A program made the translations under genes and the position numbers. Of a DNA stretch of 64,000 nt, positions 56,008 through 64,000 are shown in pieces (position 1 is the first letter of the stretch; every line of letters begins with the position of its first letter). This stretch comes from Candidatus Micrarchaeota archaeon (GTDB lineage Archaea > Micrarchaeota > Micrarchaeia > Anstonellales > Bilamarchaeaceae), in contig JAFGPA010000024.1 in NCBI GenBank assembly GCA_016926175.1, forward strand, positions 279 through 64,278, given 5' to 3'. The notes below the pieces were generated by a model. The model was given only the letters and a program-made list of their open reading frames with translations. It had not been told where the DNA came from and did no database searches.

Positions 56008-56682
56008 ATGAATTGGAAAACATTGTTTACAATATTTGGCGCTTTAATAATAAGCGCAGGATTAGTAGCCGCAATTACTGGTGCTACTATTGATGCAACC
56101 CCCTCTACAAATCCAAGATGGACTGCTAGTTCAGGTGCAAACGACAGTTTAATTGCAGGTGATGTTAAAAACGCAAACATCAGCTCAAGTTCTCTTACTG
56201 ACAAGTGGGCATCCTACTATGGTCAGGTAAGCGGTAGCATCGTATTGGCTGATGCCTCATCAAAAGTATATACGTGGGGTGTCGGAGCAGCAAATGCAGG
56301 TGAAGTCTGCCTTTCACAGAATACATCCTATGACTTTACTGGTGCACAGGCTGGTTCAGCATCCACAGCAGCAAACACCGCTTGGGGTTATGGTTCTGCA
56401 ACAGACAGCATAAATGCAACCTACACTGGTACTGCAGGTTCCATTACACTTAATAGTCCTGTAGGAACCATCAGCAACCTTGCCAACGTTACGCTTATAA
56501 ACGGCTTTGTTGATGTTATTCTCGGCAACACTGCAAGTTCTGCAAAATCAGACTTTGCATTCTGTACCAACATCAACCCATCAGGTGTGGCAGTTGGAGG
56601 CGTTGCAGCAGACTATGAGATTATGGTTCCAGTTGATGGAAACGCAGCAGAGACCTACGCATTCTTCGTAGAGCTCAACTAA
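56008..56682 (+). CDS. Secreted Ser/Thr/Ala/Gly-rich cell-surface glycoprotein candidate
   Basis: Signal peptide MNWKTLFTIFGALIISAGLVAAITGA at internal Met of listed ORF 55909..56682; multiple N-x-S/T sequons; SD-like AGGTGA upstream. Confidence 0.5.
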   Translation: MNWKTLFTIFGALIISAGLVAAITGATIDATPSTNPRWTASSGANDSLIAGDVKNANISSSSLTDKWASYYGQVSGSIVLADASSKVYTWGVGAANAGEVCLSQNTSYDFTGAQAGSASTAANTAWGYGSATDSINATYTGTAGSITLNSPVGTISNLANVTLINGFVDVILGNTASSAKSDFAFCTNINPSGVAVGGVAADYEIMVPVDGNAAETYAFFVELN

Positions 56683-56744
56683 TCTCGTAAATTTTTTTTC
56701 TTTTATTTTATTTTCGTCAGGGAAGGTCGAAAAATCGGGAGGTC

Positions 56745-58481
56745 GTGAAAATGAGAAAAATTGCCATCATTATGCTCATGCTGTTAGCGTTTTCTTATGC
56801 TGAAAATTTTGTTGCTGTTAATTCCATGGACGGAAGGGATGTTCTTTCAGGCATTTACTATGCGGGGGTTAAGGGCTATCCAGTGCAATTTATGACTCCC
56901 AATGCTGTAAATGAAGTATTCCTGGCAAAGGTTGGCAAAGACAAAGAAATTTTGCTAATCCAATCAGGCAATTTGCCTATCAGCACATTTATTGAAAATG
57001 AATTGAAAAAAGAGAATACTGTAGAGCTATATGCATCTACAGAAGGAGGCTCAACCAATCTTGATCTTGCAAAAAGATCCGGGGCAAAGAGCTTCATTAT
57101 TGTTGATTCGGCATTCTCAGACAGCGCTGTTTCTGTTCTTCCATACGCTCAAAAAACAAAATCATATGTCATCTTTTCAAACAAGGAAAATGCAGCAGAA
57201 GTTGCAGATGCAGTTTCAGGAGCTGAAAAAATACTCATTTATGGCTATGTTGACCAGGCAGTCAAAGATGCTTTGGCTTCCCACAGTCCACAATATGTTG
57301 GCAGGGGAGAAGACAAGTTCGAAGACAATATAGCCATTGTTGATAAGACAATCAAGGAATTTGGCGGAGGCCGGGTTCTTTTTGCTGACGGCACTTATTT
57401 AGAAGAAAGCATGATCACTGCAAACAGTCCAATAATACTTATCGGAAGACTTGTTCCTACTGTAACTTATGATTATGTAAAATCCAAAGTCATATCCGGT
57501 GAAATTACCAACACTCTCCTCATGGGCCAGGGGCAGGTAACTCCGGTATATGATATGAGAGAAAGGATGAAATCCGAATTCGAAAAAGAAGGGGTGAACA
57601 AAACATTTGGAATAATAGTGAAATTTGCACAGGTCGTTCCATCCGAAAATACCGGAGCTCTCCTTCTCGACACATTCCCGCTGCCATCCTACAAGCCAAG
57701 CCTTGCGATCGGAGATGTATTCTACGACACGCTGGAGAAAAAAGTATATGTTTCTGTTGACAACGTCGGAGAAGGTGTTGCATTTTACACAGAAGAAGTG
57801 AGGATACAGGTGGATGGCGAAGACCATACAATACTTGGGGACAAGCAAATCAAATCAATAGAAAGAGGGGAGCAGATCCCAATTTCATACAGTTTCAACA
57901 TTGACAGCGTTCCTTCCGGAGAAGTAACCGCACTTGTAATCCTGAAATACGGATCATCCAAGAATTCTCTTGAAGAATTCGCAACAAAGGATACTCCACT
58001 TGCTTCAATCGAATACAAGGATGAGTCAAACGTGGTGGTCCAGAGTGCGAAATACTCGAATAACCTCCTTTCGGTTACCATGAGGAACAACGGTTCTGTG
58101 GATGCATATGAATTTGCAAAGGTTGAAATAATTCTTGATGGAGCGCCGGTAAAAATCAGTGCTCCAGGCACCAAAAAGATTGAGGCAGGATCCCTCCTGG
58201 TTGAACAATTCCCGCTGGAACTCAGCGAAGAAGACATTGCATCAAATGAAAACGTCACTGTAACGATTGACTATGGTGCAAGGCAGGGGTTCCTCATAAA
58301 GCATGCCGCATTTGTTGTGGCCCTTGCTGAAGAAAGCCCGGCAGGACTACCAATACCGCTTGAATACATTGTTCTGGCAATTGCAGTAATTGCAATTGCA
58401 GCCTACTTCCTGACAAAGAAAAAACCTGATGCTGGCACTGCCACTAAAAAACCTGATAAAGCAGCTAAAAAGAGGAAGTGA
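56745..58481 (+). CDS. Cell-surface protein with N-terminal signal peptide and C-terminal TM anchor + basic tail (S-layer candidate); start GTG 56745 or ATG 56751
   Basis: MRKIAIIMLMLLAFSYA signal; C-terminal LEYIVLAIAVIAIAAYFLTKKKPDAGTATKKPDKAAKKRK; SD GGGAGGT 8 nt before ATG 56751. Confidence 0.6.
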   Translation: MKMRKIAIIMLMLLAFSYAENFVAVNSMDGRDVLSGIYYAGVKGYPVQFMTPNAVNEVFLAKVGKDKEILLIQSGNLPISTFIENELKKENTVELYASTEGGSTNLDLAKRSGAKSFIIVDSAFSDSAVSVLPYAQKTKSYVIFSNKENAAEVADAVSGAEKILIYGYVDQAVKDALASHSPQYVGRGEDKFEDNIAIVDKTIKEFGGGRVLFADGTYLEESMITANSPIILIGRLVPTVTYDYVKSKVISGEITNTLLMGQGQVTPVYDMRERMKSEFEKEGVNKTFGIIVKFAQVVPSENTGALLLDTFPLPSYKPSLAIGDVFYDTLEKKVYVSVDNVGEGVAFYTEEVRIQVDGEDHTILGDKQIKSIERGEQIPISYSFNIDSVPSGEVTALVILKYGSSKNSLEEFATKDTPLASIEYKDESNVVVQSAKYSNNLLSVTMRNNGSVDAYEFAKVEIILDGAPVKISAPGTKKIEAGSLLVEQFPLELSEEDIASNENVTVTIDYGARQGFLIKHAAFVVALAEESPAGLPIPLEYIVLAIAVIAIAAYFLTKKKPDAGTATKKPDKAAKKRK

Positions 58482-59494
58482 AAACAGTGCGTTTAATCTT
58501 CCTCTTTTTCATATTGGTGAGTGCTGCATATGCCCAGGATGCAGCTATGGCAGGCAATATTACCGAGGCTAATATATCTGCCGGAAACACTACCTGGTTC
58601 GGCGTCTGTGGCCAGACAGCTTCAAATCCGGCATCTTCATTTTCCATCATTGCAGAGCCCGGGAAAATTTCATGCTTTGATGTGAACGTCGGTTCCTGCG
58701 AGAAAAACATAGTTTTCCTTAATCTGCTTTTTTCCCAGTCACCAGAAACCATAACCTCGCTGAAAAGAGGTAACATATCCCTTCTCAATTCATATATATC
58801 TGATCCGGGACAGGATGCTTCTGCAACACTTCCATTCTCATTAACGTACCAGACATCATTCGGAAATGTGATTGCCGTTCCAACCACATACACAAATGCG
58901 GCGATTCCTACGGCATTCAGGATGGGATATGTTCAGGATCAGAACAATAATATCGTAATAATCACACAAGTGGTAAAAGATCTCAAAGGATTCAATGGCT
59001 CCATGTTCGACTTCCAGGCCATGCTTCCCACAAACGGTTCAAATACTTCTTACTATGTAACCGTTGACCTTTCCTGTGCCCCCGTTGGCCCACGACCTTC
59101 CGGCGGCGGGGGCCCAGGAGGCGGCGGTGTAGGGACTCCAATATCCCAGCCGCCACCACAGAACATTACTGAACCTGAAGAGCCAAAGCCTGAAAAGCCT
59201 GAAATCTGCATACCTGAGATAGTATGCGGTGCATGGGGGCCATGCGATGAGGATGGCTACAGGTACCAGTCGTGTGAAGATCTGCATGGATGCAGCGAAA
59301 TAGAAATTTTCCATGTTGAAAAATGCCCGGAAGAACCACCTGCCCCTGGGCCTGAAGAACTGGAAGAACCTCTGATGCCCAGGCCACAGGAAGAAGAGCT
59401 CCCGTGTCTGTCTGCAGGTCTTCTACTGATCATAATATTAATTTTAATAGTACTATACAAGAGGAGGAAAAAGAAAAATGAGAGGACAGGCTGA
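58478..59494 (+). CDS. Cell-surface protein: signal peptide, Gly/Pro-rich linker, Cys-rich module, C-terminal TM anchor
   Basis: MKTVRLIFLFFILVSAAYA signal; PSGGGGPGGGGVGTPISQPPPQ; CIPEIVCGAWGPCDEDGYRYQSCEDLHGCSE; C-terminal LLLIIILILIVLYKRRKKK. Confidence 0.55.
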   Translation: MKTVRLIFLFFILVSAAYAQDAAMAGNITEANISAGNTTWFGVCGQTASNPASSFSIIAEPGKISCFDVNVGSCEKNIVFLNLLFSQSPETITSLKRGNISLLNSYISDPGQDASATLPFSLTYQTSFGNVIAVPTTYTNAAIPTAFRMGYVQDQNNNIVIITQVVKDLKGFNGSMFDFQAMLPTNGSNTSYYVTVDLSCAPVGPRPSGGGGPGGGGVGTPISQPPPQNITEPEEPKPEKPEICIPEIVCGAWGPCDEDGYRYQSCEDLHGCSEIEIFHVEKCPEEPPAPGPEELEEPLMPRPQEEELPCLSAGLLLIIILILIVLYKRRKKKNERTG

Positions 59495-62400
59495 ATTCGC
59501 TTTGTTATTGGTTTTGGCTGCATTCACACAGCTGATCAACATTTCCTATGTTGACGGGCTAAACAGCGATTTCTCCAACATGCTCCTTGAAATAACCACT
59601 GACAATTCAAGCTATTATGCGGATTATGGCATTGTTGAAATGCATCCAAATCAATGGATAGTTGTAAGCGTGCCTGTTCCTGAAGAAAAGCATGCCATTA
59701 ATGTTCTTTCCAATGCTGACAATATCTATGCTCCGGATGCCGATCCATCCATTATTGAAGTAACTTACCAGCAATATTTCCGGCCTGATTTCTCCAACAT
59801 GCATGTCCAGTACGAAGGCTCTGGCGGAGCAGTCGATATTTCCTATATTGTAATCTCCATGTCTGAAGGCAATTGGGCTGTTATCGGCCTTGAAAGGCCT
59901 CCTGAAGGCAATGAGCAGATAATTATCCTTGCAACCCTTGACCAGATACCAGGGCAGGAAATGCAGGGGACAGTCGGAGAATTGCAGGCGCAAGAACAAG
60001 AACCTGTGCAGAAAGCACAGGAATCAGGATCTGCAATTACAGGAACTTCCCTTATAGATACCGATCCTGTGCTGGCTGCAATAGTTGCCCGGATAAAAGC
60101 AGACCTTGAAAACCAGACTGACTATGATTTCTCAAATTTCTACAATGACACTTATTCTGAGAATAACACCCATGTTCCTCCAGGCACCTCTCCATCCGGA
60201 AACTTGTCCGGTTTCATTTCAAATGCGCCGGAATATTTCAAAATGGAAATATTTGATTCATCCCGGGCAAAAGACATCAAGAAAATTGCCCGGCCAAAAG
60301 GAGAAAAATACAACTTTATCTTTGTCCCGGAAAACTATCCGGTAAAGGAAATGAAATTCAGGGATCTTGAAATTGCAGACGGGGAAAAAGGCTATCTTGG
60401 GCTGGAAATGCTGGCTTCGGGCCATACCCCCTTTGGAGACAATGCAGTGCAGGTATTTGCAATTGATCCAACAGAACTTAACTTCACAGAGGCGGAAGTC
60501 ACAGTCACTGCAAAAGGCACTGAACTCTACAAATGCGCTGAATGGGATTTTGCTTCCCAAACATGCAACGGAGACTGGATAAAAATAATGGACATCCTCC
60601 CTGGCCATGACTATGTCATCATATTAAACGCATCAGACCCTGCATATGCCGAATACTACCATTCATTGCTGGGAGCACCGCGATGCCTGAGTTTCCATTC
60701 TCCCTGCATTGCTGATTCATCATTGCTTATGTCAAGGGATGCACTCGCAACTCCTGAGCCAAATGCACCCAATACCATTGATTCATGTTTAGATGGCAGT
60801 GGCGGGACTTATGGATCTTCCTCAACAGTTGAAAATATCACAATCACAGGGATCACAGATTCAACTTTCAGCCCTGGAGATACTATAGACGCCAACATTT
60901 CAGTACGATGTTTCAACAGCAGCGAAAGGGTCAATATAGCATATACCAACAGCACTTCGAGCATCTGGTGGAAAGTCAAGTTTTCACAGCTTTGCCCTGG
61001 TGCTGGATGGTATTCTTTTAATGCGACTTTCGCCCTTGACAATGTTCCTGGCGAGCATGCTGTCCGTGCTATTATTGGGCCCAACACCTCAATTGCACCC
61101 GGCACTTATTGCGGCGCAGGAACTTTTGTTGACAATGATGATGTTTCATTCTTTGTTGCAGACTCATCATGTATCTCATCTGATCCAAACAGCTGGGTGG
61201 GCAAGCTTTTGCGTGTAAATTCAGGCGCATCATACTATGTTCTTGGAAATGTAAGCTTCTGCCAGGGCACCTACAATCTTTACACAGAATACCCTGCCCT
61301 TATAATGGGTGCCGAAGGCCACACACTCAACTGCAACGGGTCAACAATATATGGGGCGGGGCAGGGAACCGGGCTGCTCAGCAATTATAACAATACGAGG
61401 CTCAGAAGATGCACATTCGACGGCTTTGAAACAGGTATAAACATTATTGATATTGCAGAATCTACTGCTCCGTCTTCAACACCTGCCTGGGTGGCAACAT
61501 GGCCAAATCCGGCAACAACTGACCAGCTCAATGCTGTTGCCGTTGACAATGATGGAAACTATGTTGCGGTTGGCCACTATTCTGGTTCCGGGAATGACTG
61601 GCTTATAGTGAAAACTGATAAAAAAGGCAACAAGATATTCGAAAAAAGGATCAGCCCTTCTACAGGGGACGACCAGCTCCATGCAATTGATATTGATGGC
61701 GATGGCAATTATGTCATAGGCGGATTCTATTATTCCGGAGCAGGACAGGGTGTAAACTGGTATGTCGGGAAATACTATCCCAACGGCACTGAAATCTGGA
61801 ATGTGACCGGAGATTCTGGTTTTTTAGGCCTTGACGAACTTTATGATCTTGATGTTGATCCATATGGAGACATTGCCATTGCGGTTGCCGGATGGGGAGG
61901 TTCTGGTGCATATCGCGACTGGTTTATCACGCGCCTGAACTCAACGGGCGCAGTCCAGTGGACGACAAGAATAAATCCCGGTCCGGGCAATGATGTGCCT
62001 AATGCAATTAAAGCCGGCCATGATGGCCATTATGTAGTAGGGGGATTCTGGCGCAATGGAACGCATGATGACCTATATGTTGCAAAACTTCACTGGAGCG
62101 ATGGAAGCATATTGTGGGACTGGAACAAATCTCTTTCTACAAATGAAGACCGGATACATGATGTTGTAGTTGATCATGACGGAAACTACCTTATGGCAGG
62201 AAACACCGGTTCATCTTTCTCGGACGGGTATCTCGCAAAGTTTGCCCCTGACGGTACTTTGTTATGGGAAAAAGTACTGATCTATGGTACCGGGTGGGAC
62301 ATTCTTTTTGGCGCGGATATCAGTCCTGACGGAAATTATGTTGTTGGAGGATTTATAACCTTATCAAACCGCGATTGGGTCATAGCAAAAATTGATCCGG

Positions 62401-64000
62401 ATGGCAATTCCCTCTGGAATGTTACCTACCCTCCGGCGACAACAGGACATGATTATATCAATGATATTGCTGTTGATGATGAAGGCAATATAATAGCAGC
62501 CGGCTACTATGCAGCTTCAACAACTGATCCCATAATGGCAAAATTCACAACTGCCAAAAATACAATGTCAGGCATTGTCATCAGCAATGTTTCTGTTTAT
62601 AATACCAAACCAAATACTTTCCTCTCCATTCCAAATGCCGGGGCAGCTATAATCAATCTTTCTGTGGGCTACAATTCCACAGCAGGCAAAATCCATTATT
62701 CTTCCTTTGCCAATGTAGACGGCTTCCTCTCAACAGGCAATTTCCTTGTTGGTCCAGAGTTTGTTTCAATGAATGCAACTGAAACAGGAGATTTCAACAA
62801 ATCTGTAAACATCACGCTTTCATCTGTATGTGATGCTATCCAATATTACAAGGCACCGGGCTTTCCGCAGAACCAAAGCGCCATAACCAGTACAGGAAGC
62901 ATATTTGCCCCCCTATACAGCTCCTGTTCCGGCAATGTCGTAACTTTCAGTACAGACAATGCATTTAGTGGCTATACTGCCCTATCCTCATTCGATATAA
63001 CATCCTGCCTTGTCATTAATTCAAATGGCACCTACTCCCTGCAGAATGATCTTTTCGGAGCTCCAAATACAAGAGGCTCATACAATGCCTGCGTTGTTAT
63101 CGAGTCTTCCAATGTGACTTTGGATTGCAATACCTACTATATCATGAACAATGAAACTTCCGATGCTATCGGCATTTATGTCAACGGTTCCTACACAAAT
63201 ATTACTGTGCAGAACTGTCCGGCGATATCCAACTACCTTAACGGCATCTTAATCAATGGCATCAGCAACAGCACACTATCCAACAATATTGTCTACTATT
63301 CTTCCGGCGCAAGCATTCGTATGCAAAATGTAACATACACCAACATTACCAATAATACTGTATATGGCAGCGACTCTGGAATTTATGTTTCAGGAAACTC
63401 TGCCGGGAACCTCATTTCCCTCAATACCATAATGAATAATGAATATTATGGAATCCACCTGTTCGGTGCATACTCTGGAAAGATTGGGGAGAATACCGTC
63501 AAAAACAACCTTGGTAGCGGCATCCTGCTTGGAGGAGGCACAACAAATACATACACATACTCCAATAACATATCCAACAATTCAGAATACGGAATCCAGA
63601 TAGTTGCGTCTTCAGAGAACAATTCCTTTTACAATAACACCGTGATCAACAACAGCTGGTCAGGTATTTCTGTACAAAGCAGCCGCCAAAACATCACAAA
63701 CAATACAGTTGCCTACAATTCAGAACAGGGCATAGGCCTTTCGGGTTCCCATTCCAATAACATTTCAAACAACCTGATCTACAATAACAGCTTCAATGGC
63801 ATTCTCTTCAACAATGCCAACAACAGCAACGTAAGCTATAACAGCGTTTCAAACAATTCCATAAATGGAATCCAGCTCACTTCTTCAGGAAATAACTTCA
63901 GCAATAACAGCATCTATAAAAATGCGAATCATGGTCTCCTTCTGGGGCCATCATCACTGTCAAATAACCTTACCGGCAATGATGTTTTCAATAATACCCT
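59478..64000 (+). CDS. Giant secreted surface protein (partial, >1507 aa, continues beyond window): N-domain + ~7 beta-propeller-type repeats + right-handed parallel beta-helix (PbH1) repeats
   Basis: Hand-translated open frame from ATG 59478 to window end (absent from ORF track because incomplete); signal MRGQAEFALLLVLAAF; repeats DGNYV.GG.......W...K.DPDGN..W; C-terminal N..S.N...GI.L repeats; very dense N-x-S/T sequons. Confidence 0.7.
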   Translation, partial: MRGQAEFALLLVLAAFTQLINISYVDGLNSDFSNMLLEITTDNSSYYADYGIVEMHPNQWIVVSVPVPEEKHAINVLSNADNIYAPDADPSIIEVTYQQYFRPDFSNMHVQYEGSGGAVDISYIVISMSEGNWAVIGLERPPEGNEQIIILATLDQIPGQEMQGTVGELQAQEQEPVQKAQESGSAITGTSLIDTDPVLAAIVARIKADLENQTDYDFSNFYNDTYSENNTHVPPGTSPSGNLSGFISNAPEYFKMEIFDSSRAKDIKKIARPKGEKYNFIFVPENYPVKEMKFRDLEIADGEKGYLGLEMLASGHTPFGDNAVQVFAIDPTELNFTEAEVTVTAKGTELYKCAEWDFASQTCNGDWIKIMDILPGHDYVIILNASDPAYAEYYHSLLGAPRCLSFHSPCIADSSLLMSRDALATPEPNAPNTIDSCLDGSGGTYGSSSTVENITITGITDSTFSPGDTIDANISVRCFNSSERVNIAYTNSTSSIWWKVKFSQLCPGAGWYSFNATFALDNVPGEHAVRAIIGPNTSIAPGTYCGAGTFVDNDDVSFFVADSSCISSDPNSWVGKLLRVNSGASYYVLGNVSFCQGTYNLYTEYPALIMGAEGHTLNCNGSTIYGAGQGTGLLSNYNNTRLRRCTFDGFETGINIIDIAESTAPSSTPAWVATWPNPATTDQLNAVAVDNDGNYVAVGHYSGSGNDWLIVKTDKKGNKIFEKRISPSTGDDQLHAIDIDGDGNYVIGGFYYSGAGQGVNWYVGKYYPNGTEIWNVTGDSGFLGLDELYDLDVDPYGDIAIAVAGWGGSGAYRDWFITRLNSTGAVQWTTRINPGPGNDVPNAIKAGHDGHYVVGGFWRNGTHDDLYVAKLHWSDGSILWDWNKSLSTNEDRIHDVVVDHDGNYLMAGNTGSSFSDGYLAKFAPDGTLLWEKVLIYGTGWDILFGADISPDGNYVVGGFITLSNRDWVIAKIDPDGNSLWNVTYPPATTGHDYINDIAVDDEGNIIAAGYYAASTTDPIMAKFTTAKNTMSGIVISNVSVYNTKPNTFLSIPNAGAAIINLSVGYNSTAGKIHYSSFANVDGFLSTGNFLVGPEFVSMNATETGDFNKSVNITLSSVCDAIQYYKAPGFPQNQSAITSTGSIFAPLYSSCSGNVVTFSTDNAFSGYTALSSFDITSCLVINSNGTYSLQNDLFGAPNTRGSYNACVVIESSNVTLDCNTYYIMNNETSDAIGIYVNGSYTNITVQNCPAISNYLNGILINGISNSTLSNNIVYYSSGASIRMQNVTYTNITNNTVYGSDSGIYVSGNSAGNLISLNTIMNNEYYGIHLFGAYSGKIGENTVKNNLGSGILLGGGTTNTYTYSNNISNNSEYGIQIVASSENNSFYNNTVINNSWSGISVQSSRQNITNNTVAYNSEQGIGLSGSHSNNISNNLIYNNSFNGILFNNANNSNVSYNSVSNNSINGIQLTSSGNNFSNNSIYKNANHGLLLGPSSLSNNLTGNDVFNNT

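Overview
This 64-kb window looks like chromosomal DNA from an archaeon. The evidence: class I LysRS, FEN1, aMBF1, an AsnRS-paralog asparagine synthetase, AMP phosphorylase with ribose-1,5-bisphosphate isomerase, ribosomal proteins P0/P1/L41e, an intron-containing tRNA-Tyr with a C1:G72 pair, AT-rich TATA-like promoters and leaderless starts, and roughly 40% GC. The lineage is undetermined, possibly euryarchaeal or DPANN-like. Genes are densely packed on both strands, with about 68 supported genes. No CRISPR array, integrase or transposase was seen. All coordinates, motifs and homologies were read by eye, and no searches were run.

Content in order:
- Housekeeping genes: site-2 protease, aMBF1, FEN1, YrdC, LysK, a solitary 5S rRNA, a nitroreductase and KsgA.
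- A small protein with a histone-H1-like KPKKAAK tail, translationally coupled to a secreted hydrolase.
- A bacterial-type hsp20-grpE-dnaK-dnaJ operon, with a divergent winged-helix regulator.
- tRNA-Asp, a ZIP transporter and PurH.
- A block of uncharacterised proteins followed by a pair of kinase genes.
- Geranylgeranyl reductase and an Lpd-like flavoprotein.
- A copper-resistance cluster lying against tRNA-Tyr: CopA, a protein fusing an HMA domain, a permease and a cupredoxin-like domain, a degenerate HMA chaperone, and a membrane-anchored wHTH.
- A HAD hydrolase and a DUF763-like protein.
- An asnA-type asparagine synthetase with a YbaK-like deacylase.
- An amino-acid biosynthesis cluster: M20 peptidase, a GNAT protein, two Lrp/AsnC regulators and aspartokinase.
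- AMP phosphorylase with R15P isomerase.
- Ribosomal proteins L12, L10 and L1, then L41e, a Mut7-C protein and S10, followed by carAB.
- A DUF112 permease, TldD, a Roadblock protein and a KaiC-like protein with a degenerate P-loop.
- A glycosylation module: an ArnT-like GT-C, a frameshifted methyltransferase, a DPM-synthase-like GT2 and a DUF1624 protein.
- An array of at least four secreted surface proteins. The last is a giant protein combining beta-propeller repeats and a beta-helix. It exceeds 1500 aa and runs off the window end.

The most interesting signals:
- A paired TCCGGATATTATCC motif with 41-nt phasing, found upstream of both an Lrp/AsnC gene and the asnA operon.
- The copper-resistance cluster with its candidate novel membrane regulator.
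- The degenerate KaiC-like protein paired with Roadblock.
- The H1-like protein with a tandem repeat.
- The uncharacterised block from 17.3 to 21.2 kb.
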